The translations under genes and the position numbers were made by a program. DNA of 58,699 nucleotides from a virus. Its lineage: Duplodnaviria; Caudoviricetes. Location of the stretch: positions 1-58,699 of IMG/VR virus record IMGVR_UViG_3300008262_000059. One strand, 5' to 3'. How positions within the stretch are numbered: the first letter of the stretch is position 1; each line of letters begins with the position of its first letter. Positions 36,457-44,806 of this stretch are shown in pieces. The notes under the pieces are model-generated. The model saw only the letters and a program-made list of their open reading frames with translations. It was not told the DNA's origin and did no database searches.

Positions 36457-38248
36457 CCTTGAAACCTACGACCCGCAACTGAAAGAGCGTGGGAGTGGGT
36501 GGCCCACCAAGAACGGGCACATCATCGGCATCGCTGTCGCCACGGACTTCGGAGCTTGGTACTTCCCGATCCGTCACCAAAGCGGCGGGAACATGGACCC
36601 CGACGTGGTGATCCGCTGGTTGAAGCGCATCTGCTCCGACCCGTCAAAGGACTACATCTTCCATAACGCAAGCTACGACGTGGGCTGGCTGCTGACAGAA
36701 GGCGTCGAGATCAAGGGCCGCGTCGTTGACACGATGGTCGCCGCTCCGCTGATTGACGAGAACCGCTTCAGCTATGCGCTGACAAACCTCGGACGCGATT
36801 ACCTTTACGAGAAGAAGGACGAGCGCCTGCTGCGCGAAGCCGCCGCCGAGTGGAGCGTCGATGCGAAAGCGGAGATGTACAAGCTCCCGCCCCAATACGT
36901 CGGTCCGTATGCAGAGCAGGATGCTGCCCTGACCCTGCGCCTGTGGCGCCACTTCCAAGGGCTCATCATCAAGGAGGATGTCTCAAGCATCTTCGACCTT
37001 GAACTGCGTGTCCTGCGGACCACCGTGAAGATGCGCCAGCGTGGCGTGCGCGTGGACGTGGAAGGCGCGGAGGCTGTGCGCCGGGATCTTGAAGGGCGCG
37101 AGAAGGCGATCCTTCACGCGATCAAGAAGGAGCATGGGCTCGACGTTGACATCTGGGCGGCGGTGAGCGTGGCGAAGGTCTTCGACAGCGCGGGCCTGAC
37201 ATACCCGAGAACGGAGGCGACCAACGCGCCGAGCTTCACGAAGGAGTTCCTGTCCTCGAACAAGCATCCGCTCCCGAAGCAGATCGTACTGGCGCGCGAG
37301 TACAACAAAGCCCGCACCACGTTCATCGACGCGATCACGAAGTACGAACACAACGGTCGCATCCACGCCGACATCCACCAGCTGCGGTCTGACAGCGGCG
37401 GCACAATCACGGGCCGCTTCAGCTACTCGAACCCCAACCTCCAGCAGCTGCCCGCCCGGAACGAGGAGATCGGGCCGATGATCCGGGGGCTGTTCCTGCC
37501 AGAAGAAGGACAGCAGTGGGGGAGCTTCGACTACTCCTCCCAAGAACCCCGGATCGTGGTCCACTACGCATCGCTCTTGGGATTGCTCGGGGCCGACGAC
37601 TTCGTGGAGAAGTATCAGGCTGACAAGTACTCCGACTTCCACCAGATCGCCGCCGACATCGTGGGCGTCCCGCGCAAGCAAGCAAAGACCATCAACCTTG
37701 GACTCTTCTACGGGATGGGCGTGACCAAACTCGCCGCGCAGCTGGGCTTGGACATGGCAGATGCGAAGGACTTGTTCGCCAAGTATCACCAGCAGGTCCC
37801 GTTCGTGAAGGACATCAGCGAGTACGTCTCCAACCGAGCAGGGACCAAGGGCTTCGTCCGCACGCTGCTGGGGCGTAAGTGCCGCTACGATAAGTGGGAG
37901 CCCTCTCTGTTCGGGGTCCACAAACCAATGCCCTACGACGAAGCCTTCGCGACCTACGGCAAGGGCATCCGCCGCGCCTTCACCTACAAGGCCCTGAACG
38001 GCCTGATCCAAGGATCAGCCGCCGACCAAACCAAAATGGCGATGGTGACGCTCGATGACGAAGGGATGCTGCCGCTTGTCCAGATCCACGACGAACTGGC
38101 GATGACGGTCCCCGACAGGAAGACCGCCGAGCGCATCGCGGAGATCATGGAAACCTGCGTCGGACTGCAAGTCCCGTCAGTGGTTGACGCAGAGTTTGGA
38201 AAATCATGGGGTTACGCTACAAAGAAGATTGACGATGCTTGGTCCTGA
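36365..38248 (+). CDS. polA: Family A DNA polymerase with 3'-5' exonuclease
   Basis: Exo motifs DLET, HNASYD, YAEQD; polymerase motifs DYSSQEPR, KTINLGLFYG, QIHDE. Confidence 0.95.
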   Translation: MSQIPLFQTVSEWVMPDGFPNLSEAREIAIDLETYDPQLKERGSGWPTKNGHIIGIAVATDFGAWYFPIRHQSGGNMDPDVVIRWLKRICSDPSKDYIFHNASYDVGWLLTEGVEIKGRVVDTMVAAPLIDENRFSYALTNLGRDYLYEKKDERLLREAAAEWSVDAKAEMYKLPPQYVGPYAEQDAALTLRLWRHFQGLIIKEDVSSIFDLELRVLRTTVKMRQRGVRVDVEGAEAVRRDLEGREKAILHAIKKEHGLDVDIWAAVSVAKVFDSAGLTYPRTEATNAPSFTKEFLSSNKHPLPKQIVLAREYNKARTTFIDAITKYEHNGRIHADIHQLRSDSGGTITGRFSYSNPNLQQLPARNEEIGPMIRGLFLPEEGQQWGSFDYSSQEPRIVVHYASLLGLLGADDFVEKYQADKYSDFHQIAADIVGVPRKQAKTINLGLFYGMGVTKLAAQLGLDMADAKDLFAKYHQQVPFVKDISEYVSNRAGTKGFVRTLLGRKCRYDKWEPSLFGVHKPMPYDEAFATYGKGIRRAFTYKALNGLIQGSAADQTKMAMVTLDDEGMLPLVQIHDELAMTVPDRKTAERIAEIMETCVGLQVPSVVDAEFGKSWGYATKKIDDAWS

Positions 38249-38352
38249 TTCGCTGCTCCACCGCCGACTCGTTAACCTGCTGCGCGAGAGCGGGCTTGGT
38301 CTGTCAGAAGCTGAACAGCTGGCAGGTAGGGTCCTCGCCCTCGTCATGTCGT

Positions 38353-38381
38353 TTGTCAACAGAAGGTTAATCTGATATAAA
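38353..38381 (+). promoter_or_regulatory. Sigma70 promoter, probably giving a leaderless mRNA
   Basis: TTGTCA N17 TATAAA; ATG begins 7 nt after the -10 box with no RBS. Confidence 0.55.
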
Positions 38382-38387
38382 GTTCTC

Positions 38388-38756
38388 ATGTCGATCTTGG
38401 TTGAAGTCCGTCAGGAAAGAGACAAGCTCAAGCAAAAGCTTGAGGGGATAACGCAGAAGCGGGACATCGAGAGTCTCCCGTATTCGATGGCGTTTCTCCT
38501 GCCGCGTCAGCTTGCCCACATTCTGCGGGCTCTTCACCTTGAGGCGGATGCTGTCAACCGGGATGAGATCCTGTCCATTATCACGATGACAGGGCGTAGC
38601 GCGGAGATCCAATCCTCGCGGGTGGTGGACGTAGCAATATGCCGACTCAACAAGAGGCTCAAGGAACACGGCTTGCGTGTCAGGAACCTTCGCGGAGTCG
38701 GCTTCTATTTTAACGCACAGGATAAAGCCACGATCAAGAAGATCATGGCTCGTTAA
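38388..38756 (+). CDS. OmpR/CtrA-type winged-helix protein without receiver domain
   Basis: SRVVDVAICRLNKRL..VRNLRGVGFYF matches the Trans_reg_C recognition helix and wing. Confidence 0.8.
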   Translation: MSILVEVRQERDKLKQKLEGITQKRDIESLPYSMAFLLPRQLAHILRALHLEADAVNRDEILSIITMTGRSAEIQSSRVVDVAICRLNKRLKEHGLRVRNLRGVGFYFNAQDKATIKKIMAR

Positions 38757-39043
38757 TGATACAGCGACAGAAGCCAGTCCCGCGCTTCCTTTTTTGAGAA
38801 GCACAGGCGCACGTCGCCGTGCACCGTGACAGCGCGATAGGCCTTGCCCTCGCGCTTATCCAACTCAGTGACGTTTATCCAGCCCACGACCTTCTCGAAG
38901 TAGGTGAGCGTGAACGTCCCGTCCCCTTCCTGCGTCAGCTGGATCGGGTTGCTCCCCGGCACTCTGGCCGGGGCCTCCTTCTTTTCTGGCGCTGTCATCA
39001 CGACCCCGCACATATCAGCGATGTCTTTCGGGAGAGCGTCCAT
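38753..39043 (-). CDS. Hypothetical protein
   Basis: 96-aa ORF with GGAGG RBS. Confidence 0.6.
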   Translation of the reverse strand: MDALPKDIADMCGVVMTAPEKKEAPARVPGSNPIQLTQEGDGTFTLTYFEKVVGWINVTELDKREGKAYRAVTVHGDVRLCFSKKEARDWLLSLYH

Positions 39044-39045
39044 CC

Positions 39046-39411
39046 TTACGCCTCCCCGTAAGGGAGGCCGTGAGAGAACGCGATGGCCTGCGCGATGTTC
39101 AAGAACTTGATGCCGGGAATGTCCGTCACCTCGTCCGGAAGACCAAGCGTGTGGCCCTCGTCGTCAACGTCGCCCAGAACAAGCCCGTTGCCAGCCAGCG
39201 GCTGCGGCCAGCCGGGGAGCAGGAAGAAATGCTCCGGCGCGTTCAGCAGACCCTCATCGTCAACGAAGATGCTGACCTTGTGCCCACCAACCTCGGCATA
39301 CACAACGTCGAACAGCTCGCAGCCGATCAGGTCGTAAATGGTTTTGTAGTCGCCGCTGTACTCGACAGGGGTAACGGTCTTGTCGGTGGCGTTGATAAGA
39401 AGAGCTTTCAT
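39046..39411 (-). CDS. DUF3846-like protein
   Basis: IFVDDEGLL..PLAGNGLVLG. Confidence 0.65.
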   Translation of the reverse strand: MKALLINATDKTVTPVEYSGDYKTIYDLIGCELFDVVYAEVGGHKVSIFVDDEGLLNAPEHFFLLPGWPQPLAGNGLVLGDVDDEGHTLGLPDEVTDIPGIKFLNIAQAIAFSHGLPYGEA

Positions 39412-39447
39412 CGTCGCAAACCTTTCTACGTTGTTGCGATGGAAGGG

Positions 39448-39476
39448 AGATTAACTGACCTGTTAAAGCTAGTCAA
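39448..39476 (-). promoter_or_regulatory. Sigma70 promoter
   Basis: TTGACT N17 TAATCT with an upstream AT tract. Confidence 0.6.
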
Positions 39477-39494
39477 CCCCCCTTCTTTATTTTT

Positions 39495-39761
39495 TTATTT
39501 CATCGTGTTTCGGGACGAGCCGCCTTTGCGCCCCGCCTCCATCGCAAGTTCCTTGTTTGTCGAGAACGCACGCTTCTCAGCGGGAACATTGCTCCCGCCA
39601 TTCGTGCCAGCCTGACGCGCCTTCTCTCGATCACGGGAGAACGTGCGCTTCTCAGCTGGCACCGCCTTACCGCCCATGCTCGCAATCTCCTTGCGGCGCT
39701 CTGGGCTGATGACGGCAAAGCCCCGCAGGATCTTCGGCTTCGGTGTTGCTTCTTCATCCAT
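39495..39761 (-). CDS. KGG-repeat general stress protein-like
   Basis: RGFA..ERRKEIASMGG, two VPAEKRxFS repeats, EAGRKGG. Confidence 0.8.
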   Translation of the reverse strand: MDEEATPKPKILRGFAVISPERRKEIASMGGKAVPAEKRTFSRDREKARQAGTNGGSNVPAEKRAFSTNKELAMEAGRKGGSSRNTMK

Positions 39762-39774
39762 GGTCCACGCTCCT

Positions 39775-40149
39775 TTAACCTTCGTCATCCACACGCGGCG
39801 GGTCAGTAATAGGCAGGCGAGGGATGGGCGCGAGCTTCGCGGCCATCTGACGGATGCCCTCCTCGGTGTCTTCCATCGCAGTGTCCATCTCGCCAGAGGC
39901 GAACTGCCCCGACAGCGCGAGATAGTCGATGCTGCTCATCAGACCCTGAAGATTGCGGCGGTTCTTCTTCATGCGCGCCATCTCGTAGCAGTGCATGAAC
40001 ATCGCGCCTTCGTACAAGGACATCTCAACGCCCGTGATATTCTCAAAGATTTTGCACGCCCGATCCATTACGTCTTCCTCCTGACCATGCAGGTCGGCGC
40101 GTGAACGAAGAAGCGTGGCAGACTGTGACAGAATATCTCTATGGTTCAT
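39775..40149 (-). CDS. Hypothetical protein (DUF6378-like)
   Basis: IL..SATLL..R..HG..FM..MAR..IDYLAL. Confidence 0.55.
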   Translation of the reverse strand: MNHRDILSQSATLLRSRADLHGQEEDVMDRACKIFENITGVEMSLYEGAMFMHCYEMARMKKNRRNLQGLMSSIDYLALSGQFASGEMDTAMEDTEEGIRQMAAKLAPIPRLPITDPPRVDDEG

Positions 40150-40288
40150 TTTCTTTCTCCTGTTTAGAGTCGATCAAATGTCCGCAAGTCGTACACCTCC
40201 AAGTCCATTCGTTGACGTTGAAGACGATTGCGTGACCCCTTCTCTGGTGCGCGAAGTAGCACCAGAAACCCTTGATAAATCGCATCAT
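40139..40288 (-). CDS. Small Cys/His protein
   Basis: 49 aa, WCYFAH..CTTCG; coupled start. Confidence 0.45.
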   Translation of the reverse strand: MMRFIKGFWCYFAHQRRGHAIVFNVNEWTWRCTTCGHLIDSKQEKENEP

Positions 40289-40659
40289 GTTTGCGTGACC
40301 TCGCTCATCTGCCGACAGAGTTCGGCGGTGATGCCTGAAGATCCCGGCCTGTCGTCGTTGATCTGTGACAGGGACTCCGCGTCTAGCAAGATCGAGCAGC
40401 ACGCCATGACATGCGCGAGATGATGCGCTCCGCTCTCCCTGTCGTACGTCTCACCGTCAGCCCATGACAGGAGATGCCGCATCATTGCGTCGTAATAAAT
40501 CGACGACGTGACGGTGTGCTCCCGCCAGTTCATACGACCGTATTTGTTCGCGCCGTTCATCATCGCGTGCGACAGGTGCATGAGGGCGACAGGCGGGACG
40601 CACGTGAACGAAGGCTTCGTCACGCCAAACGCGGTCTTCGGGTTGTCATCAGGAAGCAT
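40285..40659 (-). CDS. dATP/dGTP diphosphohydrolase-domain (DUF5664-like) protein
   Basis: NPK..GANKYGRMNWR..YYDAMMRH..W.DGE..D.ESG.HHLAH. Confidence 0.8.
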   Translation of the reverse strand: MLPDDNPKTAFGVTKPSFTCVPPVALMHLSHAMMNGANKYGRMNWREHTVTSSIYYDAMMRHLLSWADGETYDRESGAHHLAHVMACCSILLDAESLSQINDDRPGSSGITAELCRQMSEVTQT

Positions 40660-40840
40660 CTTTCCCATCCTTCGCTTTTGGAACACAAGTCATGCCTATA
40701 GGACCGCGCGAAAAGACCGTTTTGCTTGCTATGTCCTGCACGGCGACAATCGCGGCTTCACATGATTGCTTGTCCGCAAACTCTTGCGTCGTGACCACAG
40801 CGCCGATCTGAACCAAGTTAAGGACGATGAGGATGTACAT
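40649..40840 (-). CDS. Small exported protein
   Basis: Hydrophobic N-terminus, QEF...SC..A..C; GGAGGG RBS. Confidence 0.5.
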   Translation of the reverse strand: MYILIVLNLVQIGAVVTTQEFADKQSCEAAIVAVQDIASKTVFSRGPIGMTCVPKAKDGKDAS

Positions 40841-41072
40841 CTTTCCCCTCCAGCGCAGCGCGGGCGACACGACAGTGTTCACCTGTTACATCAGCATTTG
40901 ATCCCTCAATATGCAGATTATCCCAGCCTTCTTTATCCAAAGTATCGGCAGCAGCAGCAAATGGTCGCAGCGCCGCCTCCAGTTGCTCGATGCGGTTGGC
41001 GGCTTCTCTGAGCAGCGGGCGGCGCATCAACCGGTGAGCTTCTTTAAGGCGCGTAACAAGATCGTCAGTCAT
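40818..41072 (-). CDS. Hypothetical protein (MTDDLVxRL family)
   Basis: MTDDLVTRL..EAANRIEQLE; GGAGGG RBS. Confidence 0.65.
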   Translation of the reverse strand: MTDDLVTRLKEAHRLMRRPLLREAANRIEQLEAALRPFAAAADTLDKEGWDNLHIEGSNADVTGEHCRVARAALEGKDVHPHRP

Positions 41073-41307
41073 CTTTCCCCTCCAGCGCGTGCTTCGTCCA
41101 TACCATCAACGACATCGCTCTGTTCGGAGCAGGGATGCCGTTGTCTCCGTCAACCACGTCTGCCTGATCCTCTAGGTAAAAAAGGATCGCGGGGAACAGG
41201 TTTTCTAGCTTTTCGATGCGGTTGGCGGCTTCTGACATCGCCCTGCTTTCGTAGGCTTCGGTGTCCTTTGCCAAATAGCGCAGTCGCTTCACAAGGTCGT
41301 CAGTCAT
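41065..41307 (-). CDS. Hypothetical protein (MTDDLVxRL family)
   Basis: MTDDLVKRL..EAANRIEKLE. Confidence 0.65.
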   Translation of the reverse strand: MTDDLVKRLRYLAKDTEAYESRAMSEAANRIEKLENLFPAILFYLEDQADVVDGDNGIPAPNRAMSLMVWTKHALEGKDD

Positions 41308-41533
41308 TGCGCCACTCCACCTGCTTGCCCATCAGTTCGTGCGCGCGTGTCAGCGCGTCGATTAGGGATTGATACTTGTCCTTCGAGACGGTCAGTTCTT
41401 CGAGAGAAAGGAACGCCTCAAGCGCCAGCTCCAAGTCCTCGATCCTGTCAGCCGCTTCGTTGACCAATTCCCACGGCTCGCCCAAGGGAATGTTGCGCCC
41501 TTCACGAAGTCTTGAAGTTAAACTTGAAGACAT
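41300..41533 (-). CDS. Hypothetical protein (same family)
   Basis: LTSRLR..EAADRIEDLE. Confidence 0.6.
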   Translation of the reverse strand: MSSSLTSRLREGRNIPLGEPWELVNEAADRIEDLELALEAFLSLEELTVSKDKYQSLIDALTRAHELMGKQVEWRND

Positions 41534-42050
41534 TTCTACGATCCTCTTGTTTGACAGGTTGGTAGTTGCGAGATTTATAGTACATGCGCCCGTGATGCTC
41601 AGTGCAGTAAGCGCGCTTGTGCTTCGCGTATGTCTCTCTGGCGTCCGCGCCGCAGTAAATCTGAAACCCGTCGCTCGTCATGTAGTTCAGGGGGTAGTGA
41701 CACTCCAACATGCCGATGTTGAAGAGGGTCTTGACCTCCGGCTTTGACGGGACAGGTGTACGCGCGGGCTCCTCGAAACCCTTGCGGCGCAGGCCTATTC
41801 GCTTGTCTGTCACCTTCGGCTTCGGCGGATAGGTGCTCGACTTGTTCGCAAGGGGTGAGCCCGCAGCACGGGACACGGCCCTCCGATCACCTTCGCCGCG
41901 CGCCCTGTTCACAATGCCGATCACGCTGTTCTTCGATATGCCGAGAAACTCGCCTATCTCAGTGCTGGAATAGTGCTTGTCCCCCGACCATAATTCCAAG
42001 ATCGCATCGCGCTTCTCGTCAGCTGTCATCGTCAGCGGCGTTCTACGCAT
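41502..42050 (-). CDS. gcrA: GcrA-like cell-cycle regulator
   Basis: N-terminal HTH LELW..SSTEIGEFLGISKNSVIGIVNR; C-terminal TL....ECHYPL..YCG..YCTEH..MY. Confidence 0.82.
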   Translation of the reverse strand: MRRTPLTMTADEKRDAILELWSGDKHYSSTEIGEFLGISKNSVIGIVNRARGEGDRRAVSRAAGSPLANKSSTYPPKPKVTDKRIGLRRKGFEEPARTPVPSKPEVKTLFNIGMLECHYPLNYMTSDGFQIYCGADARETYAKHKRAYCTEHHGRMYYKSRNYQPVKQEDRRNVFKFNFKTS

Positions 42051-42447
42051 GGCCGACCCCCGTGACAGTGGGGATCGGAAGGTCGTTGTCGGGGTCCTGC
42101 TCCTCGACCGCGCTTGTCATCTCCTCTTCAAAGCATGAGTACATTTCATCCAAGATGACCATAAGCTCCTGCTTCGATCCACCTGACATGAACCACGTCG
42201 AGCAAAGGTTCTCGCACAGCACCGCGCACAGACTGTCCACCACAGCCTCATGCTCAAGAGGTTTGCCGTCCTTCCTGTCAGCAACACGCGGATCGCTCGT
42301 CAGCTGGTGAACAATCTTCCCCAACATCTGAGGGATGATCGTGGACAGAATGGAACTGCTCCAGCGCCAGTCCGTCGCGTCCTCCAGACGCGTGCCATTC
42401 CTAATCTTTATGTTGAAGTGTACTTCAGCTTGTGGTTGCTTGCTCAT
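42043..42447 (-). CDS. Hypothetical protein
   Basis: About 134 aa, coupled to the GcrA-like gene. Confidence 0.55.
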   Translation of the reverse strand: MSKQPQAEVHFNIKIRNGTRLEDATDWRWSSSILSTIIPQMLGKIVHQLTSDPRVADRKDGKPLEHEAVVDSLCAVLCENLCSTWFMSGGSKQELMVILDEMYSCFEEEMTSAVEEQDPDNDLPIPTVTGVGHA

Positions 42448-42464
42448 GGTCCACGGTCCTTTGT

Positions 42465-42899
42465 TCAAGAGTTGACAGACTTACGCACGCAGTACGGTTT
42501 TTGTTTCAGCCTGTCCCGCACGCCCTTGGGTTCGAGGTGCGAGAACATGCCGTTCGAATAACGCGGACAGTCCAGAGCAAGGCCCATCGACACCATCTCC
42601 GCGTTGATGGACTTCCCGCTCGACGTGAAGCAATGCGCCACAACACGACCGTGCGAGGGATTGCCCATCGGGTGACAGCGGATCGACCCCGCCGTGCGGA
42701 TCAAAAGGCGAAGGCCGTCCCGCGCCGCTTTGCCGTGGCGCTCGTCCATCTCCTCCGCGTCGATCCCATACAGGCGCACGCTCTGGCTGGCGAAGTACAA
42801 GGTGTCCCCGTCATAGGCTGACGGGTGCCCCTCGATGGATAGGGCGGGCTGGGTGAACAGAAGGGCGCACAAGCCGGTGACTGCTGGAGAACAGGTCAT
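42465..42899 (-). CDS. Thermonuclease (SNase-like)
   Basis: DGDTL..VRLYGIDAEE..HGRVVAHC..INAEMV..GLA; GAGGGG RBS before ATG 42899. Confidence 0.85.
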   Translation of the reverse strand: MTCSPAVTGLCALLFTQPALSIEGHPSAYDGDTLYFASQSVRLYGIDAEEMDERHGKAARDGLRLLIRTAGSIRCHPMGNPSHGRVVAHCFTSSGKSINAEMVSMGLALDCPRYSNGMFSHLEPKGVRDRLKQKPYCVRKSVNS

Positions 42900-42900
42900 G

Positions 42901-43155
42901 TCAGACGTTCCCCTCTCCAGAGTCACGCCGACCGAAGGCGCTCCATGCGTCGTGCGCTTCCTCCCTCCAGTCGAAGTCATCGTCCGACATTTCAGAGGCG
43001 GTCTTCTCACCAATCTCCAAGGCTTCGTCTACGTCAGACGCTGACACGTTCAGGACGTGCTGTAACCTGACAGTTCGCTCGATCACGATGGCGAAGCCGC
43101 GGGGGGCGTTGGAGGATCGCTGTTTGCGGGGGGTGCTTGCTGGGGCCTTAGCCAT
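42901..43155 (-). CDS. Hypothetical protein
   Basis: 84 aa; GAGGA RBS. Confidence 0.55.
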   Translation of the reverse strand: MAKAPASTPRKQRSSNAPRGFAIVIERTVRLQHVLNVSASDVDEALEIGEKTASEMSDDDFDWREEAHDAWSAFGRRDSGEGNV

Positions 43156-43157
43156 GT

Positions 43158-43418
43158 TCAGGCGTCCTCGTGCTTGCGGACGAACAGGACGACAGGTTTG
43201 TCGTCGTCCTTGCGATGGATGGTGATGAGGTCCTCATCGTGGATCACGGTCCATGGATCTTTGCGCCCGTCCTGAAGACAGGCTTCAAAGACAAGCAGCA
43301 GCGCGTCCGTGGAAGGAGGGGGAATAAGCCGGAGCGTCATCAGGAAGGCGATGAGATCACGGAAATCGTTGCGGTCGAGGTGGTCCACGGTGCCTTCGCG
43401 GACATCAAACTTGTTCAT
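43158..43418 (-). CDS. Hypothetical protein
   Basis: 86 aa from ATG 43418. Confidence 0.5.
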   Translation of the reverse strand: MNKFDVREGTVDHLDRNDFRDLIAFLMTLRLIPPPSTDALLLVFEACLQDGRKDPWTVIHDEDLITIHRKDDDKPVVLFVRKHEDA

Positions 43419-43800
43419 AACAACACCCTTTCTATGGTTTGTTTCCACAACACTAATTAAAGCACGTTCTGAAGAGTAAATCAAGCGGGATGTGGCGGGG
43501 GCGGGCGGGAGAAATATCTATAAGGGAGATCAATATATTAGAAATATAGTCTGCAAGCCTTTGAATATATTTAGATAGTTGCATATACGCGTACGCAGGT
43601 GAGAGCCCCCGCAAAAAGCTGAAAAAGCCGCTATCGTATATATATCCGTATAAACAGTGAGTTACAGAATATATCGCCAATATATCCCATTATCTTATAG
43701 AGAAGTGGGGGGCCGGGCCTGTCACGCTCATGCCTTGGGGCTTGTACCTGTCAACCGTTGTTGATACCTGTATTCCCGACGGGGCAGGAGAAGCTTTGAC

Positions 43801-44523
43801 GTGGCAGGCAAACCCAAGATTCCGATCACATCTTTGAAGATCATGGGCGAAAAGGCGTACGGTCTGACGCCTCGGCAAGAACTGTTTGCAAAGACGTACG
43901 CGACAGAGAACGTCACGCAGACTGAGGCTGCCAGACGGGCGGGCTTCAGCAATCCGGCGTGGGCGGCGTCGCGTCTGATGAACGGGCGCGATTACCCACA
44001 CGTCTTACGTCGTATCGTCGAGCTTAAACAGGAACTGTCACGCAAGTACGAAGTCACCTTCGAGAACCACGTAAAGAAGATGGCCGAGATTCGTGACATG
44101 GCCTTGGCTGACAAGAACTATGCGTCCGCAGTGGCGGCGGAGAAGGCGCGCGGTCAGGTGGCAGGTCTGTACATCGCCCGTCACGAGATCATGGTTGGCA
44201 AGATCGACCAGATGAGTCGTGACGAGGTGCTGGCCGAGATTAAAAAGCTTCAGGAAGAGTACCCTGTGCTTGCGGTGGCGACCGCCCCGAAGCAGGACAT
44301 CATGCCCGTCATAGAGGACGCGACCTTTGAAGACGTCACAGAGCCCGTTAGAGCCTCGCAGGAGGGGGTTGGATATGAGTCTGACAGCGAGGACCCTGAA
44401 CACGGAGGCGGGCGTCTGGAAGAGCCTCAGCGGCGCGACGACGGGGCTGGTTCATTGGACGAGGATCGAGGCCCGCGTCGGCACCGGAATCCCCGATCTG
44501 AATGGCGCGATGACGGACCTTGA
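43801..44523 (+). CDS. terS: Terminase small subunit
   Basis: LTPRQELFAKTY..TQTEAARRAGFS..ASRLM HTH; AVAAEKARG..GLY; AGGAG RBS. Confidence 0.8.
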   Translation: MAGKPKIPITSLKIMGEKAYGLTPRQELFAKTYATENVTQTEAARRAGFSNPAWAASRLMNGRDYPHVLRRIVELKQELSRKYEVTFENHVKKMAEIRDMALADKNYASAVAAEKARGQVAGLYIARHEIMVGKIDQMSRDEVLAEIKKLQEEYPVLAVATAPKQDIMPVIEDATFEDVTEPVRASQEGVGYESDSEDPEHGGGRLEEPQRRDDGAGSLDEDRGPRRHRNPRSEWRDDGP

Positions 44524-44806
44524 GTTTTGGCTGGAGCTGAAGGTTGTGAAGACTGTCAGCTTCAAAACCGAAGGTTTGTGGCGTCCCAATCAGGTGGCGT
44601 GGCAGACCAAGCGATGCCAGTCCACACCCGATAGGGTCTGGAATGTTGTCAGCTATCCGGAGGGTCAGTCTGTCAGGCTGTACCGTGGCGATAAGGTCTT
44701 CGACCTGAACCGGGGAATCGCCGCGAAGCCGGACTTTGAAACGCACCTCCCCCCAAACTGGATTGCAATGCTGGATTTCATCGGGCGCAAGAATGGCAAA
44801 GCGTAA
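44375..44806 (+). CDS. PD-(D/E)xK nuclease / Holliday junction resolvase-like protein
   Basis: TRIE..GIPDL..FWLELK..PNQVAWQ; GGAGG RBS before ATG 44375. Confidence 0.78.
   Translation: MSLTARTLNTEAGVWKSLSGATTGLVHWTRIEARVGTGIPDLNGAMTDLEFWLELKVVKTVSFKTEGLWRPNQVAWQTKRCQSTPDRVWNVVSYPEGQSVRLYRGDKVFDLNRGIAAKPDFETHLPPNWIAMLDFIGRKNGKA

Noticed and set aside
36983-38011. 342-aa antisense ORF
   Set aside because: Shadow of polA
39451-39466. TTAA-N8-TTAA as a CtrA box
   Set aside because: Spacing is 8 rather than 7; already explained as part of a sigma70 promoter
40285-40659. Z-base (2-aminoadenine) genome
   Set aside because: No PurZ-like gene recognisable anywhere in the genome
43453-43680. 75-aa minus-strand ORF
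   Set aside because: Tyr/Ile-rich translation of the AT-rich repeat tract; no RBS or motifs
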